A stretch of 64,000 nt of DNA from NCBI RefSeq assembly GCF_001194135.2, contig NC_069000.1, positions 9,083,890 through 9,147,889 on the forward strand, given 5' to 3'. Position numbers and translations under genes: made by a program. Shown piece by piece: positions 23,801 to 37,226 of the stretch. Numbering within the stretch: position 1 is the stretch's first letter; each line of letters starts with the position of its first letter. The DNA comes from Octopus bimaculoides (lineage: Eukaryota). A model generated the notes under the pieces. The model was not told where the DNA came from, did not search any database, and saw nothing but the letters and a program-made list of their open reading frames with translations.

Positions 23801-26800
23801 TGGGAGTAACAACCTGAAACAATTGCAGTCAAAAGAGAGCAAGAAATATTAATTGTTATTAACTAATAAATACTAAAAATTGATAAATTTAATCATCTAA
23901 AGAATTATAACAGTTACAAAACAAACAAATTTATAAATAAATGTGATAATCGATTCTATGATTCTGGCAATTAGAAATCTTAATTACATTTTTCGTTAGA
24001 TTCTAACAAATTTCAAGTTGATTTTTACTAATAGTTAACAACACAAGTCTTTAACAGTTGGAAATTCTGTTTTTTTTTGTTTTTTTTGTAAACCAAATTC
24101 TAACAAAATATAACAACATTTATTTTCAAGCAACGTAAAATTATTGATTTTCTTTGAATTTTTTTTTTATATAGTTTTGTTTTTTTCCTTGAATTAAATG
24201 CAGGAATTTCAAATTTCTCTCAACCCACCAACCCCAACCTTTCAAAAATTTTGATAGTAATATGTGTGTTCTATGCCATCTTTTGAAAAGACTTTAAAAA
24301 AAAAGAAAAGTAAAAATATGTAAAAACAAAAAAAAAAAATTGCTATTACAATATTTCAATGAAATGAAATAGTTGCAAGCTTTGTTATTATTTTTCTTTC
24401 TTCCTGTTAATTTAGTTTCCCCTTGCAGCTATTGAGTAAAATCTTTTAGATTTGCTGTATACACTTCAGTAAATTATGAAACATAGTCAAGGTTCATACA
24501 GCATGGCAAGTAAACGTATAGAAAACTTGATAGATCTAAGAGATTATGCCATGCCTTCGGGGTAAATAATAATAATAATAAAGATAATCTTCTATGCCAT
24601 TCACTTTAACTCATCTTTTCATGTTGTTTGAAAAGAAAAGAAAATTACCAACAGTACTTGTTGATGTTGTTGTTGCTGTAGTGGTGGTGGTGGTGGTGGT
24701 GGTTTAGTTGCAGCTCAGTCCTGATAAAGTAGACATACGATGAAAGACAATCCCAGGTGTGACCATCCCATCTGATTTTCAGGCATCTATCATTCAGTTT
24801 AGCACCACCACCACATGGCTCTTGAGTGTCTTTAGCAGAGACCTTTCTGCAGCAAACATTCGGACCAGATTTTCAGTCTGAGGATATTTTCTATGGCAGG
24901 AGCCCTTCCTGCTACTAACCTTCACTCGTTTCCTAGTAAAATAATATTTCTCCATAACATGACCAGACATGTTTTGATGGAAGATTGGAAATGAAGGACA
25001 CTGCTTGCAATGACAGTGACATTTGTTTACAACTACCATGCAAAGTGAAGCCAAGGTAATAGTAACTAACACACACACACACATGTATACAATGGGCTTC
25101 TTTCAGTTTCCATCTATCAAATCCACTCACAAGACTTTGGTTGGCTTAGAACTGTAGTAGAAGACACTTTCCCAAGGTGCCATGCAATGAGACTGAACTC
25201 AGGACCATGTGGTTGGGAAGAAAACTTCTCGACCACACAGTTACTCATTTCAAACTCAGAACACAAAACTTCAGATGAGATGTGTCCGAAGGTGCCCCAT
25301 CCCATACTCTAACAATTCTGCCAGTCCACCCATCCAGCACCCCTAAAAGAACGAATGTAAAGTGGACCTGGTTGAGATTTGAGCTCAGAATGCTGCAACA
25401 AAGGTCACAAGTTGTTTTATCCGATGCTCCACTGATTCTGCTAATTTGCCACCTCATTTCTAAAGATGACATTAATAATCCACAAGATGATAATCTTAAA
25501 AGAAATCAATTTGTATGTCTCAGTGCACATTAGTCAATGTAATTATATTAATTAACCAATAACTCATTATCTCACCTAGGTGTGATAAACAGAATGAAAA
25601 ACTTGATTATTTTTCTAATTAATTATATACATCAAGGGGGTGTTGACATTAGGAGACAGTTTCTTCTTATTATGTTAGTTCACAACTAAATATTTAGCAA
25701 TTATGCGGTTTATTATGTTCCGGGTTCAAATTTTGCCAAGGTCGACTTTGCCTTTCATCCTTTTGGGGGGTCAATAAATTAAGTACCAATTGCGTACTGG
25801 GGTCGATGTAATCGACTCACCTCCACCCCACAAAATTGCTGGCCTTGTGCCAAAGTTTGAAATCATTATTGTTTGGTTTATTGGCAATTCCAGTAGAGTT
25901 TTTGAAAAACTACTTTGCAGTATTTTGTTGCAAACCATTACATTCTGGGTTCAAATTCTGCTGAGGTCGACATTGTCTTTCAACCTTCCAAGATCAGTAA
26001 AATAATGCACCTGTCAAAATTGAGGCACCAGTCAAAATTAAGGCAAGTATTAAAAATCAATTATACAGGGAGTGGTAGTCTGATTTGTAGAATCAGAGAA
26101 ACACAAGCCTTACTTGTCTGGGTGTTTCTCTGCTCTACCCACTAGGCCCCTATTTTATGTGTATAATATTACATGTGTGTGTGTGTGTATAGAGAGAGAT
26201 ATGTGTTGGCATTGTTGTCATGGCCCTAATTGAACAGCCCCTTAAATGATGGCATTCTGGTGGTGACCACTTCATCTTTTTATTTTAGAAGTATGTAAAA
26301 TGACACTGTCCAATACAGCCTTCCATTTTTAAGATGGAAGGTTGTAATTTGAGGGAATTCAGCTTCTGTTTCTAGCAGTGAGAGTGACCATGTAGAGGTT
26401 TCCTCATTGGAATGCGTCTGTATAATTAAATTGTGTACATGTACATGTTGATGGAATTGTGTGCACTGCTGAATGTGTGTGCATGTGTGAGTAACCATAT
26501 GATTGGTATATATCAATACATGTTTGTGTGTGTGTGTTGGTGCATATGCATGCGACTGTGTGCATAAGTTGGCACTACTTCTGTGCTTGTGTAGACATAA
26601 GTGCATGCATGTATGTGTGTATATGTATATATGCATAATAATATTATGTGTGCATGAATCTACATCTATGATACTCATGTGTGTGTGTGTGTGTGTGGGT
26701 GTGAGAGAGACTAATCATTTTATTGTATATGTCTGTGTATAATTTCTGTAATTTAACTTTTGATGTTAAAAAAATATGATAGAAACAAAAGACCACCTGC

Positions 26801-27015
26801 ACACCCACCTACCTACCCATTTTTTTTTTCTCTCTCTCTCTCTCTCTCTCTTCCCAAACATCAGAAGAATTCTATTGAATTCTTCAGTTCAAAAATAAAA
26901 CCTAACGATGTTTTAATCAGCTATTTCTTCAGAAATTCTTTATAAAAGAGAGCCAGCCCTGGCAGATACATCAGACATCAAATTAATTCTACACCTGACC
27001 TTCTTGAGAAAAAGT

Positions 27016-27054
<39 letters not shown>

Positions 27055-27404
27055 GTACATCATGCATGCCCTCAAAAGCTAATTAGTAAGATGAAATTTT
27101 TTGACTTAATTACCATGTAAAATTGTAGATTATTATAATTATTTTTGTAGTGGATTGGTAGAACTGTTAGAATATCAAACAAAATACTTTATAATATTCC
27201 TTCAGGCTCTTTTGCACTCTGAGTTCGAATCCTGCCAAGGTCAACTTTGCCTTTCATCCATCTGAGCACATCCTTACGGGGCTGATAAAGTAAGTAAGTA
27301 CCAGTTGAGCACTGGGGTCGATGTAATCAACTTACTCCTTCCCCGGAAATTGCTGGCCTTGTGCCAAAATGTGAACGCATGATTATAATTATAATTATTA
27401 TTAT

Positions 27405-27620
27405 TAAGGCAGTGAGCTGGGAGAATCCTGATTGGCAAAATGCTTAATTGCATTTCGTCCATCTTTGCATTCAGAGTTTAAATTCCACCAAGGTTGACTT
27501 TGCCTTTCATCCTTTCAGGATCGATAAATTAAGTACCAGTGAAACACTGGGGTCAGTGTAATCCACTTGTCTCCTCCCCACAAAATTTCAGACCTTGTAC
27601 TTAAAGTAGAAAAGAATATT
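27405..27620 (+). mobile_element. SINE family B copy, preceded by another copy at ~27140-27380
   Basis: AAGGCAGTGAGCTGG head and the shared family B core. Confidence 0.75.
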
Positions 27621-28374
27621 AATGTTTGATTTGTGAGAGATTTAACTGTTATTTCTAGCAGGCCAAATGGCCATATTGAGGGTCTTTCATTGCCTCAATA
27701 ACAACACTGTGATAAGATGACAAAGAAAAACAAAACAAAAAAAAAGTCATCACAAAGTTAATCCTTTTGCATCAAAAAGCCTCTAATACATTTGATAAAA
27801 AATAATAAAAAATAAAATCCAGTGAAATATATTGATCTAATACCAATATTTATCTAATCACTACAGGGACTGCTAAATGGTTGTTTTACCTACGGGAAAT
27901 AGCAGCGAAATTTCCCTCAAATCATACCTAGTATCTTCAACAACAACAAAATAAAAAAATGGAAGGACACATTGAATAATGTAGTCCGAGATACTCTGTG
28001 CTAGGAAAAAGAAAAAAAGATATGGTGATCAAAGCTGAAATGTCTTTTATCATAGATCTGTATGATGAGGGACTGCCTGGGGCTAAAACACTAACAATGA
28101 CAGCAACAACAACAACAAGAGGGAATCATGTTACATCATAAAGCAAACAGTATATTTGCTTTAAAAAAAAAAAAGGGGGAAAATCCACTGAAATCTATTG
28201 ATCTGATGCTAATATTTACCTTGTCAAGCAACTTCACTTTAGAGAGCAAACAGTTCCATTTGTAAAGCAATTCCTTTCACCAAACTACCAAACACTTAGA
28301 GCTATTAGAATGGTTAGAATGCTCTGGCAGCAACATCCCACCCACAAAAAAAAAAAAAAAGTTGGGGTGCATTG

Positions 28375-28770
28375 GTGCTGGCATGGTTGTGTGGTAAGAA
28401 GCTTGCTTCCCAGCCACATGGTTCCGAGTTCAGTTTTAACTGTATGACACCTCGGGCAAGTGTCTTCTATTATAACCTTGGGTCAACCAAAACCTCGAGT
28501 TGATATAGTAGATGGAAACTGAAAGAAACCTGGTGTGTGTTTGTGTGTGAGTGTACATATATGTGTGTGTCTTTGAGTTTGTGTTTGTCCCCCACCACTG
28601 CTTAACAACTGTATGTATGTAAATGTATATGTATACATCCCTGCATGACCCCTTGGGCAAGTATCTTCTACTATGGCTTTGGGCCGACCAAAACCTTGTG
28701 AGTGAATTTGGTAGATGGAAACTGAAAGAAGCCTGTCATATGTGTGTGTGTGTGTGTGTGTTTGTGTACC
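28375..28770 (+). mobile_element. SINE family C (tRNA-like head GGCTGTGTGGTAAGAAGCTTGCTTCC), partially duplicated
   Basis: Segment GGCAAGTGTCTTCT...GGAAACTGAAAGAA occurs twice; other copies near 25070 (-), 30925, 34560 and 47915. Confidence 0.75.
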
Positions 28771-31125
28771 TGTGTTTGTGCCTCCATGACCCCCTTCGGT
28801 CATGACTGACCATGGGATTGCACCTAGAAAGTTACCCTCCTAGGCACAAGTCTGGGCAAGGTTGTTTATGGAAGATCAGCAATCGCACATGTATACCGGC
28901 CTCTCTCTCTCCATACCACCAGTGTTATCCTTTATGCATAGAAATAAAGTGAAATTATATTTGCTTTTACATGTGGAAAATGGATAGTAGTTTAGCTTCA
29001 GGACAGCATTAATTGAGTGGTGTTTCAGCTGACCATCCTCTTTTCTTTCTTTTTTTTTTTTTTGTCCAAGACCCATCCTCCATAGCAGAAGTGTTAAGGC
29101 CACATTCCCTGGTGTAAAGAATTGGTCTGCAAAAGTCCCCTGCAGATGTCACACAAAAGACACTCGTGCCAGTGCTACATTTTAAACACTCAACACACAC
29201 TGTAAAGTGGTTGGCATTAGGAAGTGCATCCAGCTGTAGAAACGAAGCCAAATTAGACTGGAACCTGATGCAGCTCTTCTGCTTGCTAGCTCTAGTCAAA
29301 CCATCCAACCCATGCCAGCATGGAAAACAGGCATTAAAGGATGATGATGATGATGATGTCTAGAACTGCCAATGTCTCATGTGCTCTTCTCATTTTTTAA
29401 GATGGTAGGCTATAATTTCATGGCACTTGGCTGCAATTTCTAGCAGAATAAACAACTATATAGAGGCTCCCCACCACGACCACCACTGAAAGTATGTAAT
29501 TATACATGCTGAAACTTAATTTTCCGTTCTCATTTCAATTTCCTGATCGTTTTCTGATCAATAGTCAATATGTAGTACCTAGTGAAGATATCAGCCTGAA
29601 AGGAAGTTAGCTGCTGGACATTGGCAGTGATCCAGAAGACAAATTAATTAGCGAGCTTTCGAGAAAGGACCTGCATTTGTTAAAGATTAATTCAATCTCT
29701 CTTCCTTCCACACACACAAAACAACCCCCCCCCCCCCAAAAAAAGCAGAAAATTTCAAAATCAATACATTAATCATGCTTGTGACTAAGAATTAAAACCA
29801 TTTCTGATATGAATAGGCAGACATATCTAATATATTTCTAAGGTTGAATATGAAGAATGGTCGTGTGTGATCATTGTGATGATATGCTATCATATTCCAC
29901 TTCCATTTTAGCTAACATGAGCCAACAAGTGTGCCTGTATGTTGTGGCTTGCTCTGCTAGAAATAGCAGTCGAAATCCTCTAAAATCTTTATCCTTTGTC
30001 ATTTACTTATTTCAGTCAGTATTGTGGCCATAGGTTGTACTTCTACATTACACAAAATATTTGAAATTTTTTTTATATAATTCCAAATAATATGTAATTA
30101 CAAAAACAATAAGCTAATTACAAAAACACCAAATGGCTATGGAAATCCGGCAAGGATTGAAAAAAAATAGATACCAAAGGGGTCTATAGGTTTAAAATAG
30201 TTGAAAATCACTGATTTTGAAGCTCCATCATTGACTGGTAATCCAAGACAGACCACCACTACCACCTCTAACCTAATATATCTCAAAGCAATCATGTTGC
30301 TACAGCAGTAATAAAGTCATTGGTCTTTTTTATTCTTTTTACACTCATTTTTCTATTTATCCCATGGTTTAAGTAGAAAAATGTAAAAGCAAGGAGAAAT
30401 GCTCTTACTACAAAGAAAATGAACTGCAGGTTAAATAATATTATCATAGCATTGAACAAACTAATATACTTTCCATCGTTAGTGACATAATTTAAACTAT
30501 TTTTATTACATACATTTCAGACCCATGCAGATTAAATTATCAGATAAAAGTGGACAGCTTTATACTTTGTATGGTCTTAACAGGATATTACTAGCTTCTT
30601 AAGGATTTAATAACAGATTCCTGCAAATAAGCATATCAAGACAGTTCTTTCCTGTATATCATGAGATATATTCTCATTTCTCCACTTGCTAGCCAAGATA
30701 TTAAATCTCTGAGGTAAAGGCGATCACCAAAAATTTGATCTTTAGAAATAGCTGGTCTCTTATCTGAATTTAATTCATAAATATTCATCACTTTTGTGAA
30801 TTAAATTCATAAAGAGAACAGACAACAGAAAAGTTTTGATTGATAAATTATAGATATTGAAAAACTCATTTCAATAACAAATGAAAAGCCAAAAGAATTT
30901 TCTCATAATTTTTATCCATTATGGCATTGCTTGTGTGGGTTGGACTTCCAGCCAAGTGGTTTCTGGTTCAGTGTTCAGTCCCACTGTGTTGTACCTTCAG
31001 CAAGTGTCTGTCTTGTATCATAGCTCCATGCTGACCAAAGCCTTGAGTGAATCTGGGAGATGGAAACTGAAAGAAGCCCATCACACATATGTATGGATAT
31101 ATACATGTATATGCATATGTATGTA

Positions 31126-31156
<31 letters not shown>

Positions 31157-32392
31157 ATGCATGCATCTATGTATGTAAGTATGTCTGTGCTTGTGTGTTC
31201 TGTTGACTTGGCATCCTAAACGAGCATCACCATCATAAAAGTAATGTCATTCATTTCCAGTTTTCCATGAAGAACATGTCTAGCCATGGTGAAATATTAC
31301 TTGCTTGGAAACATGAAGGTTGGCATCCAGCATAGAAAATCTGCCTCAACGAAATTGTCTGAACCATGCAAGCTTAAAAAAGTGGATGTCAAAACGATGA
31401 CGATGGCTTTTATTAATCCATTGTCTTTTTGACAAAAGAAAAACATAGAAATTTCTATAGTGAGATTGAACCAGAAACCACTTGGTTGGAAGTCCAACCC
31501 ACACAAGCAATGCCATAAACTTATTTGATGGATAAAAATTATTTGAAAATTCTTTTGCCTCTTCATTTGTTATTGAAATTAGTTTTTCAATATCTATAAT
31601 TCATAGATATTCTATAATGGTACTGTTTTGATGGGGCAATATTCTTAGAATGGGATTGTGTTTATGATTATACAACTATTTTAGTGCCAGTAATCTTAAA
31701 TAAGTGTCATGTTTAGGAACACATTATTGTAACAAGGACCAACAATAGCAACACTGTTAAATTACCAAATACAGACATCTCCCACATTACCCATAAAGAG
31801 CTAGGGGGTATTAAACTGATTGACAGATTAAGTCTACCCCACCCCAGAATAGGAAAGATCTCTCTGACATGCTTTCAAACACATTCAAATGCCATCTTTC
31901 ACTTCCAATGCTTCAAGCAATCCAAAGCAATGGTACAGAAAGAAAACACTTGTCCAAGGTGCCATACAGTAAAACTGAACCCAAAACAACCCAGCTCCAA
32001 AGCGAACTTCTTAGCCATATGGCTATTCCTGCAGCCATAGGATAATAGATCTGAACATTAATGCTAAGTCGATAAGAACGAAGGAACTCAAATACAATCT
32101 GACTATTAATTAAGAAACAATTGTCAATGTGTGTATTATTCAACACAACAAGCTGCCATTTTTTATGACAAAATATAGCGCTTCTTGCCAAAGGAAGTTA
32201 AGAAAGCTTTCTCCATTTAGCAGTTGATTGGCAGGTTTTGGAAGCATCTGTTGCTAGAAACCAGTAGAACAATAACACATTATATTAAAGAAAAAATTTT
32301 TCATTTGTGACCCACAATCAAATATTGATTGCTAGTACCCAGCAGTTAACCATTTGCTCAAATTAGTAGTGGTTGCTAAGCTGCAAAAGGCT

Positions 32393-33293
32393 TCAGAAAC
32401 AGTTTATTAACGGAGCTTCGTTAGCGGTAATTTGCTGAAGAAGTTCAGTGAAAGACAAGGCAAATAACTGTAAATGTTCGTTAAAAGCACTTAAAGTGTA
32501 CACTGTTCCACAATCTAGTTTGTATTCTTGAAGCACAAGTACAACTCTTTTGATAGGAAGCTCTTCAATCAATACGTTCATTTCATTTAAGCAATACTTC
32601 ATCCTAAAGAAACCGCTAACTTTTTATTCTTTTTACTATTATATTTATTTATTGTTTATCATGATTATTAAGGTGGTGAGAAGGCAGAATTGTTAGCACG
32701 CTGGGAAAAATGCTTAGCCGCATTTCAACCATTTTTATTTTTGATAAAATATTCACTAAAATAATTTGTGTACAAATGAAGCACCTTGGCTAATGATTTA
32801 TCAAGAATCAAGCATGACAGTCCAGCATTGGTGACAGAATGGAACAGTGGTCACAATGTCCTATTGATTCAGCTAAATGTGGTTCTCGGTTAAATTTTAA
32901 ATCTGTATGCAAATATTCTCGTTACAAGTCGTTAAAACTGTGATTCATCAAATCCCATGGCTTAACTGGATCACCATTTGAATTCATCAGTATCAGAGAG
33001 ATTAAGCCGTTCAATAACGACAGGTAAATATGAGATATTTCAGTCGTAAAGCAAGTGCTAACACATTCAGTGCAGTCAATTGTAGCAGCTTCCCCATTGT
33101 GTTTCGGCGTTGCAAGCCATCAAAGCAACTTCCTGTAATCACTCACGAGATGTCCACAACTTCAATTGTAATTTTGTTCTGCCAGGAACAAGCAACACAA
33201 TTAGAGTTATTATGTAAGTCTCACTGAATTAATCACGTTCGTCAACTTGTCCAGCTTCGTCAACTCACGCTAATGAAATCTTTGTCATTGTCG
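32393..33293 (-). CDS. Unidentified protein-coding gene; exons 33269-33293 (25 nt), 33147-33178 (32 nt), 32393-32603 (211 nt, with stop)
   Basis: Both micro-exons have GTGAGT donors and pyrimidine-AG acceptors; phases 2-0, 0-2, 2-stop give DNDKDFIS-NKITIEVVDIS-MKYCLNEMNVLIEELPIKRVVLVLQEYKLDCGTVYTLSAFNEHLQLFALSFTELLQQITANEAPLINCF*. Confidence 0.6.
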
Positions 33294-33722
33294 CTAAAAC
33301 CAAAACTGTCCACCACCACCACCACCACTATCATCATTATTTCTTTCTTTAATGATTTCATTCATTAGAACTGGTTTGAGATGGTTCGTTTCATTCATTC
33401 TAGAACCACATTGTATTTTTTCTTCAAATTCCACCCACATCTTTTATCAATAAACACATAGAAAAAACAAAACAATTTTCTAATTATTCTATGAGATGTG
33501 GTGGTCAGAAAATTCGTAAAGGTTACTTTATGAATGTAACACAAATGTCATTCATAAAATGAAGACACAGTCTTTGGCAACATGACTTAACTTAATAATT
33601 GATGGATAGCTAAAGGACCAGGGTCAGTCTCAGTCTCTCTGGGCAGAGACCTTAAATATATTGACCCAAAGTATTCACATACTTTTGATCATAAGTCTGT
33701 TCTGTTCAGTCAGGACTTTAGC

Positions 33723-33857
33723 CACTAGGGTGGTAGGGGTGGTCCACCCCGGGTGGCACTTTTGGGCCTGCTGTAGGCAATATGTGTTTTTTGTGGGGTC
33801 CGGGGGTGGCAAACGGTATGTTCGCCCCGGGCAGCATACACTCTAGCTATGCTAGTG
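33723..33857. mobile_element. GC-rich MITE-like element
   Basis: Ends CACTAGGGTGGTAGGGG and CTCTAGCTATGCTAGTG are imperfect inverted repeats; GC-rich island in AT-rich DNA. Confidence 0.4.
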
Positions 33858-36437
33858 CCTGTGGCTATACAAAAATAACTACAATTGCTCTCAAAGCATG
33901 GAAATGTCTAGATTAACTATAAAAAAAAATAATAATTTTTTAAGTAAAAGAAAAGAAGGAAATCCCAACCTGCTAATAAGATAAAAAAAAAAAAACATCA
34001 TAAAAACGAAAAAAATAGATGCAAGACAATGAAACAAAAACAACAAAGTATAGAAATAAATAAAAATAACATGAAAATAAGGTAAGAGCAGCAACTGATA
34101 GCAACTGAAGTTAACTACGTCTGTTAGAAATATGTTACACCAATGTGTCTTCTTTGTCTATCAGAGCAAACAAGGCAAATGATATTGTGTATTATAATAT
34201 AGTATAAGATAGGTTTGATGAAGATAATCAGCTCATTACATGCCTGAATGGACAAGTGGTGGTGGCGGTGGTGGTGGTTAGCAGTGTTAGTAATAGTGGT
34301 GGTTGTGGTGGTGGTCAGCGCATTTGTTGTTTGCATGTGGCAAAGCGAAGTGAGGGGACAGTTGGCTCACATAGAGAACAACTGAGTTAGCAATGCATGG
34401 CATTTCAGAAGTTTTAATTAAAAGTTAAGGGGACATGGAAATTTTCAGAGAGAGAGAGAGAAAGTGATTGAGAGAGAGTGTGTGTGAGAAAGAGAGAGAG
34501 TGTGTGTATGTGCGAGTCATTATCACTGTCATCATCATAATTTAATGTCCATTTTTCATGCTGGCATGGCTGTGTGGTAAGAAGCTTGCTTCCCAACCTC
34601 ATAGCTTCAGGTTCATTCCCACTGTGTGGCGCCTTGGGCAAGTGTCATCTACTATAGCCTCAGGCCAACCAAAGCCCTTTGAGCAAATTTGGTAGATGGA
34701 AACTGTGTGTGTGTGTGTGTGTGTAAGTCTTCTCTTGACATTATGTCCTAATTGAAAACAAACATCACCGTTATACAGTCAATGTCATTNNNNNNNNNNG
34801 AGTATTACCTTGCTTGGAAACAAGTAAGAGTCAGTGACAAGAGCATCCAGCTGTAGAAAATCTGCCTTGAGAAATTTCGTCTGACCCATGCAAGCATGGT
34901 AAAGTGTACATTGAAATAATAGTTTCAAATTTTAGCACAAGGCCAGCAGTTTTATGGGGTGAAGGGGAAAGTCAGTTACATCACCCCCCCCCCAGTGCTC
35001 AACTGATACTTATTTTATCAACCCTGGAAAGATGAAAGGCAAAGTCGACCAGATGAAATGCTATTAATCATTTAGACCAGCATGCTAACAATTCTGCCAG
35101 TGACAGTGGAAGCAATGATGATGATGATGGTGGTGACGATGCTGGTGTATATATTCACATACACATCACATAATCCTGTAAACAACATTTGGTGAGATCA
35201 ATACTTATGTGAACAGAAGCTAGCGTAGTAATCTTCCAGAGAAGCTACCAGAATAAACATGTCTTGGTCTCAAAGACGCTAAATTAGTTGACAAACAAGT
35301 TTCAGTCCAGTATATCAACGAAAATCTTCAGCATTTCTCTATCAATACTATGAACACTTCAAATCCACTCGACTTCCTTCTCTTCTCTTCTCTTTTGCTA
35401 CTCTACTTTCCCCCCTTTCCTACTTCTCTTCCTCCACTTCTTTTATTCTTTATATTCCTATCTTCTTTCCATTTTTATCTTCCTTCCTTCCTTTTTGGGA
35501 GGGGGGGAGTGCGACTTTTTATTTTTGTTGTCTCTTTCTTACTTCTTTACGTTTCTTTTCTTAAGTTTTCAATATAAATTTATATAAATTCTATTCTTAA
35601 TCCTTTAGAATAAAAGAGATTTGCTTAAAAAATTTCAGCCCTAATTTTAGTTAAAAGCTTAATTTAAATTCTACTCTTTGTTCTTCAGCTTATAATTCTG
35701 AACTAAGCTGATTTAGCCTTCCAAACAACTGCAACAACATCTATATATTGATTGTCAGTTTTGAAACAGATTTAGTTCTCAGACTATAAATTCCAATCAT
35801 GTGTCTTGAGTAGTTGGATGAATGTTAAAAGAACTGTTTCAATGTTTTTTTTTGTCTACACTGGCATGATTTGATTGATAAGTGAATTTGTAACATTGTG
35901 TACCATAAAGACCACCAGTGGAAGAATTGGTCTTCTGGTTATACGTGTCTATGACCTGTCAGTCTTGCCAGAACTCAGTCTTCTAGTATTTTCAGGCTGC
36001 ATATCTATAGCCTGCCAGTCTCACAGAGCTTATCCTTTTTCAAATGAGAATTAGTCTTCAAGCCATGTGTTTGCATACAATCTTTGTCTTCCAGAACCCA
36101 ATTCTCTCAGAGTGAGACTTCACATAAAGGGATCAGAACACAGCACCATAATGGTAATGAAACCTTCTTCAATAGCACAGTGTAATGTTATTGTCGAAGG
36201 GGGCCTCTATGCAGTCGCTAAGCATGCTAGAAACAGCAGCCAAATTCCTGCAAATTTATATCCTACCATCTTTAAGGAAAAAAAAGTGAAGGAAACATTT
36301 GATATTACTGTCCAAGATATACATGGCAGGGATACATATGATCATAGGTCTAGGTCTGCTCAGACAGAGCTGACAGTTAATTTAGTGGGCAAAAATTGTG
36401 TGGTAGCCCAGCGTTCATACACACATACATACATGCA

Positions 36438-36474
<37 letters not shown>

Positions 36475-36616
36475 GTGTGTGTGTGTGTGTTTTGTCCACC
36501 TGCTTTAACAGTTTGACCCCCAGTGTTGGTGTGTTTACGTTCCTGTAACTTACCAGTTTGGCAAAAGAGACTCAGAGAATAAATACCAGACTTTTTTTTG
36601 TTTTTTAAAGAAAATA

Positions 36617-36993
36617 NNNNNNNNNNNNNNNNNNNNNNNNNNNNNNNNNNNNNNNNNNNNNNNNNNNNNNNNNNNNNNNNNNNNNNNNNNNNNNNNNNNN
36701 NNNNNNNNNNNNNNNNNNNNNNNNNNNNNNNNNNNNNNNNNNNNNNNNNNNNNNNNNNNNNNNNNNNNNNNNNNNNNNNNNNNNNNNNNNNNNNNNNNNN
36801 NNNNNNNNNNNNNNNNNNNNNNNNNNNNNNNNNNNNNNNNNNNNNNNNNNNNNNNNNNNNNNNNNNNNNNNNNNNNNNNNNNNNNNNNNNNNNNNNNNNN
36901 NNNNNNNNNNNNNNNNNNNNNNNNNNNNNNNNNNNNNNNNNNNNNNNNNNNNNNNNNNNNNNNNNNNNNNNNNNNNNNNNNNNNNNNNNNNNN
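36617..36993. other. Assembly gap (largest; others at ~3209-3218, 12967-13028, 34790-34799, 47867-47903)
   Basis: Runs of N. Confidence 0.99.
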
Positions 36994-37150
36994 AAATGTT
37001 CACCATCCCACTTCCCTTGCACACACACACACACACACACATACCTTCCTTTTACATATATACACACACACACACATACTCACAGAGTTGAAACGCTATT
37101 TGATTTTTATTTCACTGTAGTATTTCTATCATCCCACTACCGCTTTGCCA

Positions 37151-37226
37151 TCACCCCTTCCTCCCTTATTCATCTATCACCCCTTCCCTCCTTATTCATC
37201 TATCACCCCTTCCTTTCTCATTCATA
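37151..37226. repeat. 26-bp tandem repeat, ~2.9 copies (TCACCCCTTCCTCCCTTATTCATCTA)
   Basis: Units at 37151, 37177 and 37203. Confidence 0.85.

Noticed and set aside
30765-30809. 13-bp inverted repeat TGAATTTAATTCA
   Set aside because: Short and AT-only; plausible by chance.
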